Source: the human T2T-CHM13v2.0 reference genome, Homo sapiens. Taken from it: DNA of 64,000 nucleotides. The notes below the pieces were generated by a model. That model was not told the DNA's origin. It ran no database searches and saw only the letters and a list, made by a program, of their open reading frames with translations. The stretch lies in NCBI RefSeq assembly GCF_009914755.1, contig NC_060932.1. One strand, 5' to 3'. Position numbers and translations under genes: made by a program. Each line of letters begins with the position of its first letter. Positions within the stretch are counted from its first letter, which is position 1. Positions 14,531 to 28,265 of this stretch are shown one piece after another.

Positions 14531-16674
14531 GAAACAACATCCAGTGAATTAAGGTATTACAATAGTTAGCAGTTTATGTGGCCAGCACAGTGCCCTTAAT
14601 ATAGTAGATACATAACAAAGACTTGTTAAACTACTGTTGAGTATTAACAATAAACATGAAACATATACAATTTTCTTTATATATACTATGTAGACCATAT
14701 CAGTCTCAAAAGAAACTGATGGCATTGATTTTATGTTCTTTTAATTATTGTAGGATTAGCAAAACGTTAACTTTGCATTCAAAAAATAAATATTCAAAGA
14801 ACATTTCTGAGTATATTTATTTTTCTTGATGATATTGACTAATGATCTTATGAAGTGGAATTATAGCAACTGATACTTAGAGGAAGTTTTCCCTCATAAA
14901 ATATGTATAGAATTATTTAGAAATATTTGCCAGTGTGATTTTATGTGATGACAAATTTAGAGTATTTAGATTTTTTTCAGTCATCTGCAGGTATAATATG
15001 ACTAGATAATGCAACTTAAAAATTTCTGAAACCAAAGTGATTTTAAATATAGTATTTCAATAGGTAGAAATGCTGTTTCTCTGATTATAATATTTGCATT
15101 GCTTTTAACTTAAAATTCATGAGCAATGAATGTAACAGATATTAACGGTAAAAATGTCTTCAGGAAATTGTTAATAACTAGTGGCATCTGTGACTAATGA
15201 ATGCTATATTGGTTTAGTCTGTGACTAATAGAATAAATGTTTTGAAAAAAATCCTTATGTTAGAATTTTATAAACAGTAATCAGGTCGTGATGAATTTGT
15301 TCCGTGAATATGGATGGGGTAACTATGAAGTTTCCTCATTCTTTTACATTTTTTTTTAACAAAGTTGATTAGCCAGTTTCAGTACTTGGTTCCAATTATG
15401 GACTATCATTGCTTATTTATTTATTTTTTATCATTTAGTGAACTAACTGAAAGCACTTCAGCTAATTGAACATCATGGTCTACTGTTATGTAAGGAGATT
15501 AATTGTGCCATTTGCAAAGAAGATTGTCTATATGCAATTAGCTTTCTAGCTAAGCTGCTTTTAACTGCATTTTTTTCTGTGTTCTAAATTTATCAATGAT
15601 CTGAATCTAATGTTGTGGGAATTTCTGAGCTATACCAGAATATTCTTAGTTCTAACAAAAAAATACATCCATCTGTTATTGAAAGTGGTTGTTGGTTTAT
15701 GAATAATAGCTGTTGGTTACCTTAGTAATAAAAGCCACTATATGTTAATATATGTTAATCCTTGACCCAACACAAAGATATTATTCCTTTTCAACAATTT
15801 GAAATTTCAAATTTAACAATGGTAAAACTTTATTGGTGCCTTAAATTTGAGAGATGAATATAATATTTAGCAATTTAAAGATTTTGAGAGTGATTATTAG
15901 TTCTTTATTTAGAAGTCAGAATCTATTTTATCGTTGGGTTTCAGCCTTATGGTTCCTACTGGAAATTTAATTCAGAATGTCTTGTAATCACTTTACAATC
16001 AACTCATTTAAAAATAAATTCATCTTCCTTACTACCAATCTAGCAGCTTCTTCTGACTTTCCTTTTGTTCATGACATGATCATTCCTTTAATTCTCTCCC
16101 TTATCTTTATTATATGAATTTGGTACTTGTTTCTTTGATTCTTCCTTTGCAAAACTTCAGCTCCTTATCCCTTCTTCTTTATACCCATTTTCACCACCAT
16201 ATTTAAACACCTAGAGAAAGCTGCACTATTGTAATAACTTCTGGGTTGGCCAGAGGAAGCCTGAGAAATGCATATGGAATCCAGATGGCTAGCCCATATG
16301 TGTGGGCAGAGGTAGAAGCCCACCCCTGAGAGGCAATGAGGAATCCAGCAGAGCACTTGTTTGAGCAATGTTGTCCGTATTTTTCTGTAATGGCGAGGAA
16401 GTCACTGGTTTCATTGAGTACAAGTTCTGAAACTGATGTCTCTCAGGTTGAATCTACTGATGCACTTGTTAGAAATAAAAAAAAATTGCAAGCATGCCTC
16501 AGAGATACTTCAGGTTCAGTTCCAGACCACCACAATAAGGAAAACATGGCAAAAAAGTGAGTCACATGAATTTTTTAGTCCCAGTGCATATCAAAGTTAT
16601 GTTTACACTATACTATGGTCTAGTTAGTGTGCAATGGCATTACGTCTAAAAAACCAGTGTACATATTTTAGTTA

Positions 16675-16977
<303 letters not shown>

Positions 16978-17816
16978 TCATAATCTTTTTGCTGTTAAAG
17001 AGTCTTGCTGGTAGAGAGCAGCCTTAATGTTGATGGCTGCTGACTGACCAGGGCAGCTGTTGCTGAAGGTTGGGGGGATGTGGCAATTTCTTAAAATAAG
17101 ATAGCAATGGAGTTTTCCTCATCAACTGACTCTTCCTTCCACAAAAGATTTTTCTGTAGCATGCAATGCTGTTTGATAGCATTTTACTTCATATTAGAAC
17201 TTCTTTCAAAATTGGAGTCAATCATTTCACACCTTGCTGCTGCTTTATCAAATAAATTTGTATCATATTCTTAACCCTCTGTTGTCATTTCAACAATATC
17301 CACAGCATCTTCACCAGGAGTAGTTTCCATCTCAAGTAACCATTATTATTATTATTATTTTCTCATCTATAAGAAGCAACTCCTTATCTGTTCAAATGTT
17401 ATCATGAGATTGCAGCAATTCAGTCACATCTTCAGGCTCCACTTCTAATTCTAGTTCTCTTGCTAATTCCACCCCATCTGCTGTTATTTCCTCCACTGAG
17501 TCTTGAATTTCTCAGTCATCCGTGAGGGTTGCGATCAACTTCTTTCAAATTCCTATTATGTTGATATTTTGACCTCTCTTGTTCTTATTGGCATTCAGAA
17601 TGGTGAATCCTTTCCAGAAGATTTCCAATTTACTTTGCTTAGATCCATCAGAGGAGTCACTATCTATGGCAGCTATAGCCTTATAAATGTATTTCTTAAA
17701 TAATAAGACTTGAATGTTGAAATTATTCCTTGATCTACGCATGGACTACAGAATGGCTGCTGTGTTAGGAGGCATGAAAACAACATTCATGTCCTTGTAC
17801 AGCTCTATTAGAGCTC

Positions 17817-18161
17817 TTAAGTGACCAGGTGCATTGTCAATGAGCAGTAATATTTTGAAAGGGATCTCTTTTTTTTTTTCTGGTCAGTAGGTCTCAAGGT
17901 AGGCTTCAAATATTTAGGAAACCATGCTGTAAACAGATGTGCTGTCATCCAGGCTTTGTTGTTCCATTTGTAGATCACAGGCAGAGTAGATTTAACATAA
18001 TTCTTAAGGGCCCTAGGATTTTTGGAGTGGGGAATGGGCACTGGCCTCAACATAAAGTTACCAGCAGCATTAGCCCTTAACAAGAGAGTCAGCCAGTTCT
18101 TTGAAACTTTGAGGCCAGGCATTGATTTCTCCTCTTTATCTATGAAAGTCCTAGATGGCAT
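17817..18161 (-). pseudogene. Tigger1 transposase (DDE_1 domain) decayed fragment
   Basis: MPSRTFI..EEKSMPG.K.SK..LTLLL.ANAAG...[32 protein letters not shown] matches recalled Tigger1/TIGD1 transposase; neighbouring parts frameshifted. Confidence 0.92.
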
Positions 18162-19111
18162 CTTCTTCCAATAGAAGGCTGTTTTGTCACCACTGAAAAT
18201 CTATTGTTTAGTGTGACCAATTTCATCAGTGATCTCGGCTAGATCTTCTGGATAACAAGATGCAGATTCTACATCAGCAGTTACGGCTACACCTTGCATT
18301 TTTATGGTATGGAGATGGCTTTTTTTCCTTAAACCACATGAGCCAAGTTCTGCTAGCTTCAAACTTTTCTTCTGAAGCTTCCTCACCTCTCAGCCTTCAT
18401 TGCATTGAGGAGAGTTAGGGCTTTAATCTGTATTAGACTTTGGTTTAAGGGAATGCTGGGACTGGTTTGACGTATTCAGACCACTGAAACTTTTTTCATA
18501 TCAGGAGTAAGGCTGTTTTGCTTTCTTATCATTTGTGTGTTCATTAGAGTGGCACTTTTAATTTCCTTCCATAATTTTTCTTTTGCATTCAGAACTTGGC
18601 AAACTGATGCAAGAGGCCTAGATTTCCTCCTTTCTTGGCTTTTTGTATGCCTTCCTTACAGAGCTTAATCATGTCTAGCTTTTGATTTTAAGTGAGAGAC
18701 ATGTGACTTTGCATTCACTTGAATACTTAGAGGCCATCACAGGGTTATGAATTCACCAATATTGTTGCGTCTCAGGGAATAGGGAGGCGTGAGGAAAGGG
18801 AGAGAGATGGGAAATGGCAGGTTGGTGGAGCAGTCAGAATACATACATTTATCAATTAAGTTCACCGTCTTATATGGGCATAGTTTGTGGCAGCCCAAAA
18901 TAATTACATTAGTTACATCGAAGATCACTTATCATGATTACCATCACAAATATAATAGTAATGAAAGTTTGAAATATTGAATTACCAAAATGTGACGCAG
19001 AGACACAAAGTTAGCACATGCTGTTGGAAAAACAGTGCCCATAGACTTGCTCAACACATCTTCAATTTATACACGATATCTGTGAAGCACAATAAAATGA
19101 AGTATGCCTAT

Positions 19112-19930
19112 CATTTGAAATTTACAAGAAAGTTGCAAGAACACTACAAAGAAATCAGTATCTGCTTCATCAGGATTTTCTAGTTTGATAACATTTTACA
19201 TTTTACTGTGTTTGTGTACTCCCTCTCACTCTCTTTTTGTATAGCAATTATCATCAATCTTTTCCTGAACCATCTGAGAGCAGGTTGCAAACATGATGTC
19301 CCATCACTCTCAAGTATTCCAGTGTGATATAATCATCATTCAACCCTCAAGTCAGGAAATCAACATTGATATAACACTACCATGCAATCCACAGACTTTG
19401 TTTAGATTTTGCCAACTGTCTCAAAAATGTTCCCTTTTCGTTTCTGATCTAGGATCCAATATAAGATAAGTTCTTCTGTTCCTTGGTATCCACAGGGGAC
19501 TGGTTCCAGGACCCCTGCAGATACTAAAATCATGAATGCTCAAGCTTCTTATATAAAATGCTGTATTATTTGCATATAACCTATGTACATTCTTTCATAT
19601 ACTTTAAATCATCTTTAGAATACTTATAATACCCAATACAATGTAAATGCTATGTAAGTAGTTGTTATACTGCATTTTCAAATGTATTATTTTTATTTTT
19701 GTATTGTTACTTTTTATCTTTTAGAATATTTTCGCTCCGTGGTTGGTTGAATCTGCAGATACAGAACTCATGGATATAGAAGTATTGTATCTCAAATGAA
19801 ATACAGTACTGACTCTATTTTATTTGCCTGCCATGCCTCTTCAGTGTCTTTCAATCTGGAATGGATCCTCTGTCTTTTCCTGTCTTTCATGACAGTTTAA
19901 AAAAGTACCAGCCTTTCTTTCTATAGGACG
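19112..19930 (-). mobile_element. L1MC4/5-type 3' end interrupted by MER2
   Basis: tttacaagaaagttgcaaga...tgaaccatctgagagcaggttgca...aggatccaat; resumes after MER2. Confidence 0.7.
19470..19788 (+). mobile_element. MER2 (Tigger-derived MITE)
   Basis: ggtatccacaggggactggttccaggacccc...ttatataaaatg...gtggttggttgaatctgcagat. Confidence 0.9.
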
Positions 19931-20149
19931 ACATCATCTATTTTATATATTGTGTCAAATTAATATTTCTAAAAAGGTGAATTACGTTTTTGAAATAGTC
20001 TCAGGTAGGTCCCATACTGGCTCTCTAATACCTACAGTTTAGTTTGGAGGTCAATAAGTTTCCAAACATTGCTTCTGTTACTCCTATGACATTTATTATG
20101 TATTGCCACATATTATTCTTGTGTTTTTTGATTTGTGGATGCATTAATT

Positions 20150-20360
20150 CAGTATTAAATGATTCAGTAAACATAATCATCAATTATATTGAAGGCCAGA
20201 CACATTACATGTGTTATTTCACTTAATACCTTCTCATATTTTATTATTACCCTCAATATTCAGATATAAAAATTAAAACTTAAAGGAAGTAAGTAATTCG
20301 CCCAAAGTTACACAGCGAATAAACAGCAAAGCTGGAACTCTAATGTCAAAGCTCTATTGC
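20150..20360 (-). mobile_element. MIR SINE
   Basis: taagtaattcgcccaaagttacacagc...gctggaactc. Confidence 0.65.
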
Positions 20361-20418
20361 TTTTGAAAACCTATTTATTGAGCATCAGAGTTATAAAGAT
20401 TGAGACACCCTGTTTTTC

Positions 20419-20950
20419 TTTTTTTTTAACTTTTAAAATATAATGGAATTCATAATAACTTTTCTCCTGGGCTTTCTGTAAATACAGGGAGAAATCAGAA
20501 TTATATACAGAAATTTACAAATTCACTTTTTCTTTACTTCTCCAAATTGATTATGTTGGGTAATACTTTTCTTTTTTTAAAAATTTTACTTTAAGTTCCA
20601 GGATGCATGTGCAGAACGTGCAGGTTTGTTACATAGGTATACATGTGCCATGGTGGTTTGCTGCACCTATCAACACTTCATCTAGGTTTTAAGCCCCGCA
20701 TGCATTAGGTATTTGTCCTAATGCTCTCCCTCCCCTTTCCCCCCACCCCCACAACAGACCCCAGTGTGTGATGTTCCCCTCCCTGTGTCCATGTGTTCTC
20801 ATTGTTCAACTCCCACTTATGAGTGAGAACATGTGGTGTTTGGTTTTCTGTTCCTGTGTTAGTTAGCTGAGGATGATGATTTCCAGCTTCATCCATGTCC
20901 CTACAAAGGAAATGAACTCATTCTTTTTTATAGCTGCCTAGTATTCCATG
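20419..20950 (-). mobile_element. 5'-truncated L1PA8-like insertion carrying ~140-bp 3' transduction
   Basis: L1 3'UTR 20567-20950 (ctaggttttaagccccgcatgcattagg motif); unique 20428-20566; second T tract 20419-20427; perfect 17-bp TSD gagacaccctgtttttc at 20402-20418 and 20951-20967. Confidence 0.88.
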
Positions 20951-22231
20951 GAGACACCCTGTTTTTCAAGAGCTCACAGTTTAGTGGAGGGTATAGGCAT
21001 GCTGATGAACAATATAAGCATCAAGGTGGGGGGAATATCATCCATCCATTTTCAGTCATTGCAGTCAGTGCCTTTTAATATGTAGGCAAATGATATGTCC
21101 TGTTAAATAAATAAGTATATTAATGAAAAGGAGTTTAAAAGCATCCAAATTAGTTACCTAATTATACCTAATATTTGCAAATGTGTTTTAACCTGAAGCA
21201 TACTTTAATCTGAATATTCAGTGAAAATAGCCTGCATTTGAAACTATGTATAATTCTAAAACAATTGACACTTTTCCTATTGGTTGTAGATTAAACCTAC
21301 ATAAGGACACAAATGCAGAGAATTTTATGGTTATAGTAAACCTTTATAACAAATTTTTAAGTGACTCTTCTTGTGGGTCCTATAATACCTGAGCTCAATT
21401 ACTGCAATTAATTTATAAGATATTTTCTAATTTATTCACCTCATACTTTTTGTAGGGTATAACCAATTATGTAATTCAATTGATGCAAAGTTTCTGTTAT
21501 GTCTATTTGTGATTTTACAGGATACTTGTAACTAAAGGGTTTATGACTATCAACTCATTCATCCCTTGGTCTCTAGGCAGTGTCCCAGAAGGAAACATGT
21601 TTATATTATTATGGAAATCTCTAACAATGAGCTCACTTTCTCTTCTTAGCATTTTAATACATACTATATTTTTTATTTGGATTAAAGTTGAAACATAATT
21701 TCAACTTTGTGGAACTTTATGAGTCACTAGAAGGAGAAACTTGACCTAGCAGGGAAAATAGAGGACTTGATATTGGAGAATGTTTCCTAAAGAGCCAGTT
21801 TAAGCACTGATTAACTGTAAATTTTGGCGACTCACAACTTATATAAACTGTAGTCTTTTCCCCTACATAAAGGAGATAGGCGTGTCTCCTTTATAGTATA
21901 CCCCTTCTGTAATTAAATCTCTTGATACTTAATCAAATGCTATGTTTGTGATACTGATCTACAACTTTGAAAATGCTTGATAATAGAATTTTCATCATAA
22001 TTATGAATAATAGGTTAAAAAGAAAAATTAGCACATATTGAACACCTTATAGCAGGAACACTAAAAATAGGTTATTCTGGTCCATTTGCATGTATATAAC
22101 TAACTGATTAACAAGGTTTTCTTGTTAAACTTCTTTGTTATGATACATCAGGATATTATTTTAAAATCATTTTCATCAAGCATTTGCTTAGTATTTATTA
22201 TAGAGGAGCTCAAGCTTATTCTACAAACACA

Positions 22232-22917
22232 TATTGAAACCATGAGATATCACTAACTACCCACCAGAATTGCTATACAAATGGGAATGTAAGTCTTACG
22301 GCCACTTTCGGAGACTGGCAGTTTCTAATACAGTAAAACACGTGTCTGTTCCGTTGCTTAGCAATTCTACTCCTAGAAACACACCCAAGAGAAATGAATG
22401 CTTAGGTCCACATAAAGACTTGTATGGTAATGTTCAGAGCAGATTTTGTAAATAATTAGTTCCAAAATGGAAATAATACAAATGTTCATCATCATGAAAA
22501 TAGTTAAAATTGTGGTCTGTTTATACAAAGAAATATCTTGAAACAATCAAAAGGAACAGACAACTGATATATGCAACAGCAGGAAAACATCTTTAAGACA
22601 TTTTGTTGTGAGAAAGAAGCCAGACACAAAACAATATATTCTTAATGATTTCATTTATATGAAGTAAAAGAATAGATAAAGCTCATCTTTGCTGATAAAA
22701 ATGAGAATACAGGTTGCCTTTACGTGATGGGGTGGAGTTGAGGCTATGGGGGGAACATTGAGATGAAAGAAGCAAGAATGAACTTTCTGGGGTGGTGGAA
22801 ATATTCTATATCTTGATCTGAGTGATGATAAAATGGATGTATTATATATGTCAAAATAGTGAAGTCTACATTTAAGATTTATGCATTTTATTGCATATTA
22901 ATTACGATTCAATAAAG
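22232..22917 (+). mobile_element. L1ME/L1MD-type 3' end
   Basis: gcaattctactcctag...gaaagaagccagacacaaa...ctttctggggtggtggaaatattctatatcttgatctg...caataaa. Confidence 0.85.
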
Positions 22918-23412
22918 TACTGTGAGCACTAAAGTATTTATTTTAATTGCTTTCTACTGCTAGACATTAATCTGTGTCTGGATTAATCAGATAGAGTCCT
23001 GGACTTGAGAAGTTCACATCCCATTGGAGGTGGGGAGTGAAAGGGTAGGTATAGATACATAATTATATTAAAACTATAAGGGAGGTATGTATACTGCACA
23101 TGGCTAGCACAAAATATGGCACAAGTTATTTATTTGTTGCATGGTGTTTTCAGAAGGCTTCCAGAAGCTGATTCTTGAGCACTGAGTAGAAACTTGGGTG
23201 GAAGTTTCATATTGGCAAGGGAAGTAGAGAGAAACTCAGTTGCATGGGGCTACTGAGGGGAGCATTGCAGGCAAGAGAAAGATGACTATAAATTGTAAGA
23301 GACTGAGCTGAATTTGTATAAATCTTAGTTTATCCTCCAGAATTTGTTTTTTTGTGGAGTAAATTTCCTTTGTTTTCTCTTTGGTCAAATTAAGGGAAAC
23401 AGCTCAAATCTC

Positions 23413-23891
23413 TGAGTTGGTTATTTATTGCTTTATTTTAAAAAATCACCTTAACAGTTAGTACCTCAAAAGCACAATCATTTAATTTATCTAACAATTC
23501 TGTGGACCAGCTTGGCTAATCTCTGGGTTCTCTTGTGCATTCGTGGCCATCAGGCAGGTCAGCTGGGACTGGCAGCTGGTCAATTTAGGGCAGCACTACT
23601 CACAGACGAGTGGTTGTCAGGCTTTTGACCTGGCTTCCTGATTCTCTTTCATGTGGCCTGGCACTCTCCAGCTGGCTTGGGTTCTTTTACATGGTGGGCT
23701 CAGGGTATCATGTGCAGCAAGAAATCAGGCCTCTATATCCGAGTTCTTTTCATGTATTTTACAGCACTTTTGTTAATATTCCATTTTGTCAAAGCAAGTC
23801 ATATGCTCAAACCATGTTCAAAATTAGAAAGGTAGACTCTGTCTTTTGGAGGGAAGGGAAACATTTAATAGAATTTTTTTGGTAACCTATA
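23413..23891 (-). mobile_element. MLT1H-like MaLR LTR
   Basis: caattctgtgg...gtcagctgg...ttacatggtgg...aaagcaagtcatatg. Confidence 0.7.
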
Positions 23892-24849
23892 TAAAAATTT
23901 CCATTCAAGGATTTACTTTATATATTTACTTTCCTAAAGGTGTTTTTTGTTTTTTGTTTTTTGTTTTCTGAAAACACTTTTTAATAGGAACTTCTAGGCA
24001 AGGTAATTTGTAAAGAGGTAGCTAAGTAATAGTATCAAGCTGTGCTGTAGAATTTGTAACGGTTTCAGCTTAAAAAAAGAGAAGACTAGCTGGATTGAGT
24101 AAGTTTTCAGAAAATTTTTGCAAACTGGAGATAAACCTATTTTAGGCATATTAGAAACTTTTTCCATTCTTATGTTAATTAAGGTTCTTTTTATTTCAGA
24201 TAAGATAATCCCAGTTCAAATTAGATTAACCAAAAAGGGGAATTTATTAAAGGGATATTGGAGTGACTCATGGATCCCAGGGAGAGTGTTATGTTGCTGT
24301 TGGGTGACTTACAGGCTTCTGTCTTCTCTAATTCTCATCTGGTAAATTTTTTTTTATTTTGCTTCTCAATCTACATGACAGAAATGGCTGCCAACAATAC
24401 CTAGCAGATAACATGTGTATAATTCAGATTCCTAGAGGGAGAAAATGTAACATGAAAACTATAAAACGATGTTACAAGACTATACCTGTATCCCAGTCAA
24501 TTGGAGCTTTATTTTATTATGGTTGAATCAATATTTGACAAATTCTTTATACATAGTAAATAATACTGCATTTAATTTTAGCTATAAACCAAGAGCCACA
24601 AATTTCAAACAATATGGAAATATACTGTAGATACTGAAAGGTCTCCAGGTTCTACTCTCTTTCCACCTTCATCCTCACCCCATCAATAGTTTGGCACATA
24701 TTTTCTCAATTCATATATATATATGTATGTATCTATATATATGTGGGAGAAAGAGAGGGAATAATAATAATAAGCAATATTAGAAGAAACATAAGAGATA
24801 TCATTGGCTAAGGTTTGACAAATGTCTAGGCAATTTTTCTATATTAGCA

Positions 24850-25210
24850 CTGATTCTTACAAAACAACCCATGAAGGCAGTTATTATTGTCTTTATTTTG
24901 CCTATAATAAAACAGACTAGGAATGAGCGAATAACTTATTTAAAATCACAGCAAAGGAAGAGAGCCAGGACTTTAACTTAGGTCTGTCTGATTCAAAACT
25001 TGTGCCCTTTCCACAATAATAAGAGTAATAGTCATCATTAATGAACCCTTACTACGTACCCAAACTTTAAAAGATTTTTTTTTTTTTTTTTTTTACAAAA
25101 CTCAATGAGATAACAATAATTATTACTCTTTTAAAGAGGAGGTGAGGTTTGCTAATGACAGAGCCATGATTCATACCCAGGACTTTAAGTCTCCAAAGCT
25201 TCTGCTTTTT
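24850..25210 (-). mobile_element. two adjacent MIR fragments
   Basis: agagccaggactttaacttaggtctgtctga and gacagagccatgattcatacccagg cores. Confidence 0.65.
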
Positions 25211-25947
25211 TCTCTACATTCTTACACTGTAGTATTTTAGTAAAGTAGCATTCTGTATCTCAACACATTATTATGCATTGCATATTCTTTAAGAAATTGT
25301 TTGAATAGTCATTCAGTGGGTGTCCACTCCTGTGCTCACTCTAATAGATGGATGGTGCTTAAGAAGGATTCTTGGGACTCTGGCTTAGAGCATTGAGATG
25401 TGATAGACCAGTGACATCTGTCCTGTGTATGGAAGGAGAGGAGTTGTGGCCTCAGTCTCCAGATTTGCCATCCCTGCATGATTACCTCAAGATGACATAA
25501 GATTACTAGTTATTAATTAATTATACTTCTACAATGATTGTTTTTTATTCAAATGACCTAATAAAAGAAAACTTAAAACTCTAGTTATAATAAAAGAAGG
25601 AACCATCTACTAAGACAAAGGAAGAGAGCCAGGATTTGAATTTAACCATATAATAATACTCAGATAGAATTCCATATATAGCCATTTTTAATATTATATA
25701 TACTAAAGACAAAAATAATTCAGTATAATCAGACCAACAGCTTTATTCATGCAGCCTGCTTCATTTCATTGTAGTGTTATGCTTTATAGAAAGATAGAAA
25801 ATTATCACCTTCTTCTCTAATAATTTTCTGCTCCTCAGTCTGATTTGTGTGCTGCCAGATTATCTTAACTGTTTGTATGTCTTTAAGTTAGGAATTAATT
25901 TATAGTTAAAAGACTAACTTTAATCAGTATTTCAATTGGGTAGAATA

Positions 25948-25989
25948 TTTGATCTTGCTTTAATTTGGTTTGATCTTGTTTTAATTTGG
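25948..25989 (+). repeat. 2 x 21-bp tandem duplication
   Basis: tttgatcttgctttaatttgg / tttgatcttgttttaatttgg (1 mismatch). Confidence 0.9.
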
Positions 25990-26844
25990 TACTTTGGCTT
26001 TGTGAGTGTAGATAGGTCTGGAAAATAGAAGGAAGTTGGCATGAATACATGAGAGGAATGACAGTCCAGTATTAAAGGCCAGGTAATTGCCTTCACACAG
26101 TCCTCTCCTTGGTGCCTAGAGTGAATTGCTTTAGTTGTACTATGAATTTCAATAATTGCTTCAAGCAAAACAAGGGGAAGGTAAGCATGTTTTCCACTTG
26201 GCTACTTTGTGCAAAATAACTGGCAGAGATTGCTAGAAAAAGTTTGATTTTAGGGGGAAGAATTTAACAATTTCACTTTAGGAAAAAGCACAGGAGAGAG
26301 TTTGGGAATTAGAATGCGTAGGTTATGGTCCTAGTTCAATAAGTTAATGCCATTGATGTTTGTAAGTCATTTATAATTTCTTAGCCTCAATCTTTCTTTG
26401 TCTTCTTTAATGTAAGCTGTAATATGTATGTGTGTAATATATTTAAATGCAGAAAACAAATTTTCAATCTGACAAATAAGTATAAAGATCTATGAAACCA
26501 CTAACAAGGTCAACAAATAAATGTCAAAACACCCCAGAAGAACTTGCTCTCATTTGTCCCTTCCAGACAATCATCTACTCCCCCACCATTCCACCAGGAG
26601 TGACCACTGTCCTGACTTTTATCATAATCCCTTTCTGACTTTTCTTTGTAGTTTTACCACTCATACTTGCATTTATAAATAAGAATTTTGCTGTGTTTGA
26701 ACATTATCTAAATGGATGTTTATTTGTTGAATATAATTATATATATGAGATAAATTTTGTTAATCATGTTGCTCAAGTCTCCCATATCCTTAGATTTGGT
26801 TTTCCTGAGATCTGTTGGGCTTCATAAATCTGTGACTTCGTGTC

Positions 26845-27327
26845 TGTGACAGACAACCTCCAAATGGTTCCCAGTGATCCCTGCCTCTTGGAGTTCACAC
26901 CTTTAGGCACTTCCCTCTGACATTTGCAAGGGTTGGTTTGGGCAATCAATAGAATATGGCAGAGTCCCTTCTGAGATTAGGTCTTGGCTCCTCTGTTTAT
27001 CTTACTCCTGCCCTCTCTTGGATCATTTTCTCTGGGCAAGTTGGTTGCCATGTTGTGAGCAGCCCCCTTGAAAGGCCCATGTGATGATGAATTGAAACCT
27101 CCTGTCAACAGCCATGTGAGTGACCTAGGAAGCAGATCCTGCAGCCCAGTCATGCTTCAGGTGACTGCAGCCCCAGCCACTATCTTGCCTGAAACCTCAT
27201 GACAGGCTCTGAGCTAGAACAACACAGCTAAGTCACCTCTGGCTTCCTGATCTTATCTTTGTAAAATAGTGAATGTTCACTGTTTAAGTCACTATGTTTT
27301 GTTATGCAACAATAGATAACTCATACA
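26845..27327 (+). mobile_element. MLT1F-type MaLR solo LTR
   Basis: TG...CA ends, ccagtgatccctgcctc, gcaacaatagataactcataca; TSD gtgtc/gtgtt. Confidence 0.88.
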
Positions 27328-27437
27328 GTGTTTCTCATAATTTCTCGAAAACTTCCAACCATATCTATACTAGTATTGTTCCTGCTGTGTTCTATTTTCT
27401 TTTTTGGTTCTTCTCATTAAAAAAAAAAAAAAATCTA

Positions 27438-27763
<326 letters not shown>

Positions 27764-27803
27764 TTATTTTTCATTTTGTTTTGTCTCTTTGTGCTCCATT
27801 CTA

Positions 27804-27849
27804 TTAGTTTGGCGCAAAAGTAATCGCAATTTTTGCCATTACGTTTAAT
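27804..27849. mobile_element. half MADE1 (Hsmar1-derived MITE)
   Basis: ta|ttagtttggcgcaaaagtaatcgcaatttttgccattacgtttaat resembles one Hsmar1 TIR plus spacer; second arm absent. Confidence 0.85.
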
Positions 27850-27869
27850 AGATAATTTCTTCTTACTTA

Positions 27870-28015
27870 CTGAACTTCATCAAATCTAAGACACCATTGA
27901 GTTTAAGAGAAACAAACTAAGACAAAATGTTTTCTTATCACACTGATGTAAAATAAAACGTATACAATTTCAAGGATATTGAGATAAAAATAGTTTTAAA
28001 ATCAATTAAGTTGTC
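27870..28015. mobile_element. MER104-like TcMar-Tc2 remnant
   Basis: ttcatcaaatctaagacaccattga resembles recalled MER104 terminus. Confidence 0.5.
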
Positions 28016-28265
28016 TATCATTCAGTTCATAAATTTCATCTCAGCTGTGTCTTCTCTGTTTTTAAACCAAGTGCAATTTTAGTTTTTAATTTTGTTTATT
28101 AAATTTAAATTTTAAAGTATTAAATTTTAAAATTTAATATTATTAAAAGTTAATATTATTCCTTTTTTCAAATATCATTGGTCACTTTTTACATTTCCCT
28201 TTTTCCCTTTCTTCAGATTTGTATTTTTTAAATGTTATAATTATAAGTGTAGTTTTTTTATAGTC

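Noticed and set aside
17503-18386. Possible domesticated TIGD1-like gene
   Set aside because: The transposase is broken into several frames with stops; this is an ordinary decayed Tigger1.
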